A DNA stretch of 20,000 nt from an uncultured virus (IMG/VR IMGVR_UViG_3300033146_001398). Its lineage: Duplodnaviria; Heunggongvirae; Uroviricota; Caudoviricetes. Location: IMG/VR virus record IMGVR_UViG_3300033146_001398. One strand, 5' to 3'. The notes below the pieces were generated by a model that saw only the letters and a program-made list of their open reading frames with translations, searched no databases and was not told the origin of the DNA. This document shows positions 9,732-17,025 of this stretch, piece after piece (position 1 is the first letter of the stretch; each line of letters starts with the position of its first letter). The position numbers and the translations under genes are program-made.

Positions 9732-9747
9732 TATTTAAAAATAATTA
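9732..9747 (-). promoter_or_regulatory. Conserved intergenic motif TAATTATTTTTAAATA, copy 2
   Basis: Exact 16-mer in the 116-nt spacer, 66 nt upstream of ATG at 9666. Confidence 0.7.
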
Positions 9748-9782
9748 AACGGAGTAGAAAGGACCAGAAACTACCCGCTTAA

Positions 9783-10241
9783 TTACCGTCTCCCTTCTAG
9801 GATTTCTTTGACTGTGTTTTTTGTCATAAATGACGCCAAATGGAACCAAGGTCTGCTGTCGAAACCAGGATGATGAACTTCTTGAGTCATTATAGTATCA
9901 CCGATTTCATATTTGCTTCCGTTCTTTCTAGTACCACCTGTGTTAGACGTGAAAGCTAAACTTTTTCCTGGTTTAGCTCGTATTATATGAGGTTTAGTTC
10001 CTTTTTCTAAATATTTACCAATATCACTTGTACAAAAAACGATAATATTATTTTTATCTATTTCATATCCAACACTTTCTACTAATTTTGTGTACCCACC
10101 AACATTAGCTTTTAATAACTCTCGTGCTTTATCAACAACAGTTTGTCCTGCTTTATCCATTCTACTTGCAAGTTTACTATCGATATTTTTAAGTATTACT
10201 GCACTTAAAGCTTTTGAATTAGATATCGCCACTATAGCCAC
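9783..10241 (-). CDS. HK97 gp10-like tail completion/neck protein
   Basis: 152 aa basic; YLEKGTKPHIIRAKPGKSLAF and VHHPGFDSRPWF are characteristic of this family. Confidence 0.85.
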   Translation of the reverse strand: MAIVAISNSKALSAVILKNIDSKLASRMDKAGQTVVDKARELLKANVGGYTKLVESVGYEIDKNNIIVFCTSDIGKYLEKGTKPHIIRAKPGKSLAFTSNTGGTRKNGSKYEIGDTIMTQEVHHPGFDSRPWFHLASFMTKNTVKEILEGRR

Positions 10242-10626
10242 CTGTAAAATCCCAAGCGATTATTCCAGAGTCTTCTGATGTCGCAGGAGTACAACTTTTT
10301 ATTACGTATATTTTATCATTAAAAATTATAGAATCTTGCATCTTGGGTACAAGAATGGGCGATATAATATTACCGTTAGCATCTTCGTCATATTCAAATC
10401 TAAATAAACCAACTAAATCTCCAACTTGAACGCGTCCGTCGCTAACAAAATCACTATCAAAATTTTGGACAGTAACTTGAGCTTTTATAGAAAATGATTC
10501 ACTAGGCTTTCGTTCTATAGTGTCATATTGTAAATTAGTAATTTCTGCAGAATATCTTCTATATATTATAGTTTTTGTTAATAAAACGTTATCAACGTCC
10601 TCTCTTGCTTCAGTTGAACTTACCAT
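10219..10626 (-). CDS. Head closure (stopper) protein
   Basis: 135 aa beta-rich, between adaptor and gp10-like genes; IKAQV...GRVQVGD...DSIIFNDKIYVI pattern. Confidence 0.7.
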   Translation of the reverse strand: MVSSTEAREDVDNVLLTKTIIYRRYSAEITNLQYDTIERKPSESFSIKAQVTVQNFDSDFVSDGRVQVGDLVGLFRFEYDEDANGNIISPILVPKMQDSIIFNDKIYVIKSCTPATSEDSGIIAWDFTGGYSGDI

Positions 10627-11813
10627 CTACGTTGTCTCGCTGAAGGTAACATCAAATTATTTGACGCACCCAAATAATGATTTAATGAACTGTATGTAGT
10701 TCTTAATTTAGTTTTTTTACTGTATATTTTAGAAAGAACTTCAGAAATGATGCTTCTCGCCTCCTTATCATTAGTCTCAATCACAGCCTGAATTGTTACA
10801 GGGTCTTTACTAATATTCGTACCACCAGCAGTCCAGTTAAGTACAGCTGTTTTAACGTTAGCATTATTGTTATTTATTAACAAATAGTTAGTTGCAATTA
10901 ATCTATTAACTATTAATAAATTATGTCGTATGCTATTAAATGCTTTAAATGTAACAGGTATTTTAAATATTAAATTTCTATCACTTGAACTTGGCATATT
11001 TTCTTTAAATATTAATTTATACCCGGCATCATTTGAAATTAATTTTACTATTTTATGATGCTTAAATATTCTAACAGCTCTTGTAGCATCATATTCATAA
11101 ACAACTATATCTTCTTTGCTAATTTCTCTATCAGCATTTTTATCAGCAATATGCATTCGACCTATATCAATGTCATATATGCTTTCATTCACTTGTCCTG
11201 TTTGTGTAAATATATTATAAATTGCGTCATCTATATATTCGACACCACTTACTAAAGCATCATATAAAGAAGAATCAGAAAGTAACGAACTTGTTATTTT
11301 AGATTCAGCTCTAAATTGTGTCGCGCTAATATATGAATAATTATCTTCATTATTAATTGTATCTTGCACTGTTTCAGTAGATGTATGACTATTTACATAA
11401 TATATTTTATAAAATAAACCATCACTTGCTTCGTATCTATCATCAACATACTCTATTTTAAAATTTTCTTGTCCATAATATAGTAATTGAGTAACTACTT
11501 CTGTGTACGTTCCATCCAATGTTGTAGAACTAGTAATTTTAAATTTATCATAATTTATTTTTGTTATTTTTGATGTTGATATATGTTCTATTGTTACACC
11601 ACTTGATAACGTTATTTGTGTTGCTGAATCAATTGATACAATCTTAACTATTTCTGTAATCTCACTACCAATTTCTTCTAAAACTATAAAATCATTTGCA
11701 GAGAATGAAGAACTATCTGCAACCGCAAGTATAGTATCACCATATGCTATATCAGACGTTAATGTAGTTTCTGTTGTAGTTGGCTCAGGAAGAGCATATT
11801 TTATAATTTTCAT
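10620..11813 (-). CDS. Head-tail adaptor with N-terminal accessory domains
   Basis: 397 aa; YSYISATQFRA starts a helical adaptor-like region at about aa 158; N-terminal TTLTSDIAYGDTILAVADSSSF...EIVKIVSI beta-domain common in virion proteins; first gene of neck module; AGGTGA 8 nt upstream of ATG. Confidence 0.65.
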   Translation of the reverse strand: MKIIKYALPEPTTTETTLTSDIAYGDTILAVADSSSFSANDFIVLEEIGSEITEIVKIVSIDSATQITLSSGVTIEHISTSKITKINYDKFKITSSTTLDGTYTEVVTQLLYYGQENFKIEYVDDRYEASDGLFYKIYYVNSHTSTETVQDTINNEDNYSYISATQFRAESKITSSLLSDSSLYDALVSGVEYIDDAIYNIFTQTGQVNESIYDIDIGRMHIADKNADREISKEDIVVYEYDATRAVRIFKHHKIVKLISNDAGYKLIFKENMPSSSDRNLIFKIPVTFKAFNSIRHNLLIVNRLIATNYLLINNNNANVKTAVLNWTAGGTNISKDPVTIQAVIETNDKEARSIISEVLSKIYSKKTKLRTTYSSLNHYLGASNNLMLPSARQRRW

Positions 11814-11834
11814 AATTTATTTCACCTTTTTGTA

Positions 11835-11850
11835 TATTTAAAAATAATTA
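11835..11850 (-). promoter_or_regulatory. Conserved intergenic motif TAATTATTTTTAAATA, copy 3
   Basis: Exact 16-mer immediately after stop of 11851..12144 and 22 nt before ATG at 11813. Confidence 0.7.
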
Positions 11851-12144
11851 TTACTTTAATGCCCAGTACATAGCAGTTAAATGGTGAGTAGAGTCTCCTT
11901 TATTCCATTCATCTGCATATTTTTTAGCATAGCCATCAGTAACCCATTTTTCCATTGCACCATCAAACCCAATATCGTACCCTAATTCTTCAGACCATTC
12001 GTACTTAAACTTATCAAGTATTTTCATCTGCATAAATTGTCTATCACTTAAAGGGTTATGCAATACCATAAATTTAAGAAAACAATTTTGTTTAGTACAA
12101 CCGTCTTCTTTACAAATCTCTTCCAACACTATTTTCGATTTCAT
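11851..12144 (-). CDS. DUF4032-like protein with N-terminal Cys cluster
   Basis: 97 aa; ILDKFKYEWSEELGYDIGFDGAMEKWV resembles the DUF4032 pattern (H/FKxxxSExxGxDxGxxxAxxxW); CKEDGCTKQNC at N-terminus; ATGA overlap with phosphoesterase. Confidence 0.65.
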   Translation of the reverse strand: MKSKIVLEEICKEDGCTKQNCFLKFMVLHNPLSDRQFMQMKILDKFKYEWSEELGYDIGFDGAMEKWVTDGYAKKYADEWNKGDSTHHLTAMYWALK

Positions 12145-12965
12145 GCAAAACTAACTCTTATATCGTTTTCTTGTCCGTTAAAGTTTATTTGTGCATTACC
12201 TTTATTAGTAGGACTGTATGCTTTTACTTGGCCATAACTACCCCAATAATCTAAGTACGCACCATTACAAACAAAATGCTTTTTCTTCATAATTAATCGC
12301 TTTCCACTTTTATTGAAGTCAAAAAATTGTCTCGCTTGGTATAAAGTGTCATGCACATGTCCTTGTAAATAAACATCTGTATTAACTATCTTCTCAAGTC
12401 TTAACATTGCGTTTAATTTTCCAGCAGGAGTAGTTGAACCACCACCACCATGAGTCGAATAAAGAGTGTACCTTTGATTTCCAACCATAATATAATGCAC
12501 TATTCCAACACCACCATAAGGGACATCTAACATTTTTGCCATTATTTTTGTTAAGTTAACTCCGCTAGAGTTATGTGTTCTAAGTTCATGATTACCAGGT
12601 TGCATAGATTTAAGTAAACCAGCTTCAGCAAGAGGAGTATATAATTCAACAGCGTTCTCTATCTGTTCTTGCGCAATATCTTCTTGTTCATAAACACCAG
12701 CACCAACTGAATCTCTCGTAGAATTCTCTATTAAATCACCAACATCAATACAAGGCATCTGTTTATCTACAACCCTTTTGATATTCTTTTTAAATAATTC
12801 TGTATCACATTGTTTATGTCCTAAATGTACATCAGAAAAAAAGAATGTTTTCAGTTCATCTCTGTCTCGGTAATCCCAAGTAATAATCTTTGGTGGTTGT
12901 CTTCCAGAAACATTTATTTCTTTTGACCAGTCTGCTTTGTGTTTCACATTAGATTCATAACTCAT
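12141..12965 (-). CDS. Calcineurin-like metallophosphoesterase (start 12965 or 12986)
   Basis: All five motifs present: SDVHLG, GDLIE, GNHE, THG, GHVH. Met at 12965 forms an ATGA overlap with an upstream small ORF. Confidence 0.92.
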   Translation of the reverse strand: MSYESNVKHKADWSKEINVSGRQPPKIITWDYRDRDELKTFFFSDVHLGHKQCDTELFKKNIKRVVDKQMPCIDVGDLIENSTRDSVGAGVYEQEDIAQEQIENAVELYTPLAEAGLLKSMQPGNHELRTHNSSGVNLTKIMAKMLDVPYGGVGIVHYIMVGNQRYTLYSTHGGGGSTTPAGKLNAMLRLEKIVNTDVYLQGHVHDTLYQARQFFDFNKSGKRLIMKKKHFVCNGAYLDYWGSYGQVKAYSPTNKGNAQINFNGQENDIRVSFA

Positions 12966-13078
12966 TTTTTCCTCATAAACAAACATTTTAACGCATTTTT
13001 AATATGTGCAAAAAAGTAATAAAAACGACTTCTGTCGCAGTCGTAAACTTCTACTCGTAAAGAACGATGTAAGTCCAT
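12962..13078 (-). CDS. Small hypothetical protein (38 aa), not in ORF track
   Basis: MDLHRSLRVEVYDCDRSRFYYFFAHIKNALKCLFMRKK*; AAAATG start context 8 nt after the holin stop; ATGA overlap with phosphoesterase. Confidence 0.45.
   Translation of the reverse strand: MDLHRSLRVEVYDCDRSRFYYFFAHIKNALKCLFMRKK
13010..13044 (-). terminator. Possible hairpin plus T-tract downstream of lysis cassette
   Basis: Minus strand ACGACT-GCGACAGA-AGTCGT (6-bp stem) followed by TTTTATTACTTTTTT. Confidence 0.35.
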
Positions 13079-13086
13079 TTTAAAAC

Positions 13087-13275
13087 TTACTTTTTCTTTT
13101 TAGTAGGTATCTTAACTTTGTCAGGTAAACCTAAAGTACCAATAAATTCTAAGCCTTTCCTTATCTTTTCAATTAACGTGTTATCTTTATTTGTTGGCGT
13201 TCTTCTTGCAATTATATTTGCTAAAATAACTATTGCCGCACAAATTTCTAAAACTAAATTTATATCTATTTCCAT
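13087..13275 (-). CDS. Putative holin-like membrane protein
   Basis: 62 aa; N-terminal hydrophobic helix, TPTNKDN motif (TPTxKDD-type small phage membrane proteins), basic C-terminus KKKK; GAGGT upstream. Confidence 0.65.
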   Translation of the reverse strand: MEIDINLVLEICAAIVILANIIARRTPTNKDNTLIEKIRKGLEFIGTLGLPDKVKIPTKKKK

Positions 13276-13282
13276 TTTTACC

Positions 13283-14017
13283 TCATTTATCTAACTTACC
13301 AAAATGTTGCTTATTTGCTGAACATCTGAAAGTTTTGTTTTGTGTGAATATATATCTTAATTTATATTTTTTTTGTCCTGAATACTTAAAGACTCTCGCA
13401 CATCTATTATTATCATAAACACTGTTTGTTTCTAAGCACCATAGTTCATTGTCATAAATAAAAACATTCCATGCGTGACCACCTTTACCACAAAAACCAA
13501 ATGCGATTCCCATTGTTGGTTCAATACTAGAAACGAGACCTGAGTGTGTTTCACAATCTTGTTTGCTATCTAAAATAGTCGCATAAATATCTTGATAAAT
13601 ATCAGGATAACCATCAGTATCATTATCACTTGTCCATTTTAGTTTTTTGTCAACATACTTGCCAACTTTTAAACACCAAGATTTAACATCATTAGATTTT
13701 ACTCCAACTTCCTTTCTACATTTTTCAGTTAAACGTGTTTCAGGTTGTATAAGTTCATTGGGATACATTGGATATCTTATTGTTTTAAATATACCTTTAT
13801 CTTTATATGCAAACTTTGGTACTTCTTTAAAGGCTGTAACACAATATTTTTCTAGAACATTTAATGGTTCTATTTCTTTCTCAACTATCTTTTCTATCTC
13901 TACTATTTTTTCAACTATTTTTTCTTTTATAATAATAGTTTTTATTGGTTTTATACATAATATATCACCTATTTTATAGTACAGTTTTTCCCATAATTTT
14001 TTTTCGGTCGTCATCAT
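13283..14017 (-). CDS. Transglutaminase-like cysteine peptidase, candidate endolysin
   Basis: 244 aa; WTSD...YQDIYAT...QDCETH (C155), GHAWNV (H181), WCLETN (E196) match a transglutaminase-like catalytic core; flanked by two small membrane proteins. Confidence 0.75.
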   Translation of the reverse strand: MMTTEKKLWEKLYYKIGDILCIKPIKTIIIKEKIVEKIVEIEKIVEKEIEPLNVLEKYCVTAFKEVPKFAYKDKGIFKTIRYPMYPNELIQPETRLTEKCRKEVGVKSNDVKSWCLKVGKYVDKKLKWTSDNDTDGYPDIYQDIYATILDSKQDCETHSGLVSSIEPTMGIAFGFCGKGGHAWNVFIYDNELWCLETNSVYDNNRCARVFKYSGQKKYKLRYIFTQNKTFRCSANKQHFGKLDK

Positions 14018-14286
14018 ATAAGTGTGTTAATTAAGAAACCCAAAATTGGCTTTCTAAAATCAGAAATAATTAATAGCGTAACAAGAACAGCAAAACAAAT
14101 CGCTTTAAATGGGTTTGAATAAATCCATAAAGACACACTTCGTTTTTTTATATCATTAATTTGTTTAATGTTTTCTGCTACCTTACCATTTGTATATTTC
14201 TGATGTGCTATAATTTCGTCTAATTTCCCGAACAAATCTTTAACGGAGTGTTCTTCAATAATTATGCCTGCTTTGTTCGGAGTCAT
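14014..14286 (-). CDS. Small membrane protein (coiled coil plus C-terminal TM; holin/XhlA-like architecture)
   Basis: 90 aa; LDEIIAHQKYTNGKV coiled segment then AICFAVLVTLLII hydrophobic helix; ATGA overlap with peptidase. Confidence 0.6.
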   Translation of the reverse strand: MTPNKAGIIIEEHSVKDLFGKLDEIIAHQKYTNGKVAENIKQINDIKKRSVSLWIYSNPFKAICFAVLVTLLIISDFRKPILGFLINTLI

Positions 14287-14290
14287 TCGT

Positions 14291-14515
14291 TTATGCTAAA
14301 CTTAATTCAGATACAATTTCAGTGTAGTTTTCTTCTGTATTACCATCAAAAGGTGTTGCGTGCGCTAAAAACACTTCAACTGTCCATTCCCCACATACTG
14401 AATATTCCCCAGCAGATTCTTCATCTTCTTCATTATATGTTGCTTTAACAACACTTTCAACTTCTTCTACAACTTCTGTTTTATAATATCTGTTTCCTAT
14501 TTTTTTATAATCCAT
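14291..14515 (-). CDS. Small acidic hypothetical protein (74 aa)
   Basis: Glu-rich ORF, TAA-A-ATG junction, downstream of fibre gene. Confidence 0.7.
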   Translation of the reverse strand: MDYKKIGNRYYKTEVVEEVESVVKATYNEEDEESAGEYSVCGEWTVEVFLAHATPFDGNTEENYTEIVSELSLA

Positions 14516-14516
14516 T

Positions 14517-14675
14517 TTAATTTTCCTCTAAAGTTAATGCTACTGGTTCTCCAGTGTGTTCAGGAATAAATCCTGCTTCAAGACATTTATTGAAATGTTC
14601 TATTTCTTTTGATACATCAAGAGTAGTCCCATCTTCGAGTTCTATTGTTTTACCGTCAATAAATATGTGTACCAT
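14517..14675 (-). CDS. Small hypothetical protein (52 aa), not in ORF track
   Basis: MVHIFIDGKTIELEDGTTLDVSKEIEHFNKCLEAGFIPEHTGEPVALTLEEN*; fills the gap with TAA-A-ATG junctions at both ends. Confidence 0.8.
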   Translation of the reverse strand: MVHIFIDGKTIELEDGTTLDVSKEIEHFNKCLEAGFIPEHTGEPVALTLEEN

Positions 14676-14676
14676 T

Positions 14677-17025
14677 TTAATTTAATTTAGTTGAAACTCC
14701 GTTTCTACACCAATATAAGTCTCCACCTGATTCATATAACCCAGTTTTCCCTACTCCACCTGCTCCTCCTGTTATAGCGATTGCAGGAGTATCTGTTGAA
14801 TTACTACTAATTACAACAGGATAAATACCATCACCGCCGTCATAGTCAACATTCAACGCAGTTCCAGCACCATTTTGGTCTATGTATATACCGTTACCAG
14901 CACCGTTGTTTTGGATACTCATAACATCACCCGTTGCACTAGTGTTTGCTTGTTGAAAGTTTACTAATGCTGAGGTGGAAGTTCCTGTATGTAACGCATT
15001 TGAATACATTCTAAATGCAGACTCAGTCAGCACTCCTGAGGGGTTTATATATAAAGCAATATTATCACCAGCTTGTTCAATATAAGCAGCTCTATGACCA
15101 CCAGCACTTTGCACATGTAAACCGTAACTTGACGCACTTGTTGCTTCTGAATCTATCCTTAGCCCAACACCGTTTCCATTCTGGTCTATTAAAAGTCCGT
15201 TACCTGTTCCATCATTTTCAACTCTTAAAGTATCTTGGTCGTCTGAAGCATTGTCTTGTTTAATTTTTACAACAGGCGAGCCAGTCACAGCAGATGTTAA
15301 ATTCCTATAGAAGTAATTACTTGCAATACCAAATAAAGCAGGTCTTCCAAAATCTACATAATCTGTATTTGCTCCACCAATATCTTGATGAGCAAAAATA
15401 GTTCGCCCTACGTTATTTTGGTCTATTTCTAAACCAGCGCCAGTTCCGTCATTAGTTACCCTTATAACAGCACCTGTACTTGTTGTACTATCTTGTTGAA
15501 AATGAGCTACACCTACTGTATCTGCATTATATTTATAAAAAACAGCAGCATAATCAGTTGTTGCTGTCGAATTAACATTTAACGCTTTTCCAGCAGTGTT
15601 ATTATGGTCTATTAAAAGTCCGTTACCTGTTCCTGCGTTTTGTACCACAACTCCACTAGAACTACTTCCAGATTGAATTTCAAATTTAGCAGCACTTGTA
15701 ACACTATTTATATACATCGCTTGATTAGATGTTCCTTCATGATCGATGTTAAGTGCAGGAGCGTTTCCGTCTTGATTTATATATAATCCGTCACCAGTTC
15801 CAGCGTTATGAATTACTACTGTATCGCCAGTTGCGTTTGCACTATTTTCGTAAATGTAAAACATATTACGTGAAGTAGCTTCACTTCCACCACCTAAAGT
15901 ATAATTAACATATCCTGTTGTTGCAACAGTTTCAACTCTTACAACGTTAGCTGTTGTTGCTTCAGAATCAATATGTAAAGAACGTCCATTTCCGTCTTGA
16001 TTAATAAATATTCCCACGCCCGTTCCATCCTGTTGAATCTTCAACGCATTCTGGTCATCTCCTATATTGTCTTGTTCTATGAATACTACAGGTGTATTAG
16101 TACTTGTTGATGTATCATTTCTATACACATGCATAGAACCATTAGTGTTTGCTAAATCGTTAAATTGAGTATAAAAATTACCAGCCTGTAATTTTGCTAT
16201 ATTAGCACCATATCCTGTTACTATATTTAATCCGAAATTACTTGTACTTGTAGCTCTACTATCTATATCAAAGGCAATTCCATTACCATTTTGAGTTATC
16301 TCTAACGCATGTCCAGTCCCACCTTCTAATATTTGAAGTGCAGAATTGGAGCCAGCATTATATATTTGCATTGCGGTGTTGTTAGAACTAGCACTTCCTT
16401 GTGATACTTTAAACAACGCAGCATTACTCGCGTGAGTAACACTAGATGAAGAGTCTATTAATAGTGCATTTTGCCCGTTTGCTAATGATTCAGTCTGTCG
16501 AATACGTGAGCCGTTGGCACTATCACTATTTATTGTTAGTGGTTTTAACGCAGGATTTGTAGTATTTATAACGAGGTTTCCATCAATAATTCCACCCGTT
16601 AAAGGTAGATGCCCAATATTTCTATAAGCTGTATTTGCTGTTATAGTTGCGCTATTTAACACATGAGTGTGACTTGTCGCACTTACAGAGTTAGTTGTAT
16701 CATCAGTAATTTCAGAAGGAGTTCCTAATATAATATCACCAGTACTAGTAATAGTTGTAAAATTTAAACCCGCTCCAGCAGCAACAGAGCTAACACCAAG
16801 AAGTTCTGTATCATCTACATATTTTTTAGTAGCTAAATCTAAATCAGCTATAGGTGCAATACCTGAAATAGGAGAAGTAAATCCACGACTGCCATCAACT
16901 AATATATATTGTGAATGGTCATCTGAGTCTAAACCAAGTAAACCACTGTGTATTCCAGTACTTTCTGTAATTATAAAAGACACATCTTCTGATTCTGTTA
17001 TACTTAAATTAATATCTTCATCCAT
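14677..17025 (-). CDS. Fibre protein with repetitive beta-solenoid body
   Basis: 782 aa; N-terminal HSGLLGLDSDDHSQY and DLATKKYVD fibre motifs; repeated GxGxGLxIxQxGxG units; C-terminal GLYESGGDLYW. Confidence 0.8.
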   Translation of the reverse strand: MDEDINLSITESEDVSFIITESTGIHSGLLGLDSDDHSQYILVDGSRGFTSPISGIAPIADLDLATKKYVDDTELLGVSSVAAGAGLNFTTITSTGDIILGTPSEITDDTTNSVSATSHTHVLNSATITANTAYRNIGHLPLTGGIIDGNLVINTTNPALKPLTINSDSANGSRIRQTESLANGQNALLIDSSSSVTHASNAALFKVSQGSASSNNTAMQIYNAGSNSALQILEGGTGHALEITQNGNGIAFDIDSRATSTSNFGLNIVTGYGANIAKLQAGNFYTQFNDLANTNGSMHVYRNDTSTSTNTPVVFIEQDNIGDDQNALKIQQDGTGVGIFINQDGNGRSLHIDSEATTANVVRVETVATTGYVNYTLGGGSEATSRNMFYIYENSANATGDTVVIHNAGTGDGLYINQDGNAPALNIDHEGTSNQAMYINSVTSAAKFEIQSGSSSSGVVVQNAGTGNGLLIDHNNTAGKALNVNSTATTDYAAVFYKYNADTVGVAHFQQDSTTSTGAVIRVTNDGTGAGLEIDQNNVGRTIFAHQDIGGANTDYVDFGRPALFGIASNYFYRNLTSAVTGSPVVKIKQDNASDDQDTLRVENDGTGNGLLIDQNGNGVGLRIDSEATSASSYGLHVQSAGGHRAAYIEQAGDNIALYINPSGVLTESAFRMYSNALHTGTSTSALVNFQQANTSATGDVMSIQNNGAGNGIYIDQNGAGTALNVDYDGGDGIYPVVISSNSTDTPAIAITGGAGGVGKTGLYESGGDLYWCRNGVSTKLN
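15182..15633. repeat. 29-bp exact direct repeat inside fibre gene (15182-15210 and 15605-15633)
   Basis: tggtctattaaaagtccgttacctgttcc twice, 423 nt apart (in frame), encoding GTGNGLLID. Confidence 0.9.

Noticed and set aside
15182..15633. Diversity-generating retroelement TR/VR pair
   Set aside because: Repeat is short, exact and internal to one gene; no adenine-specific mismatches and no reverse transcriptase in window.
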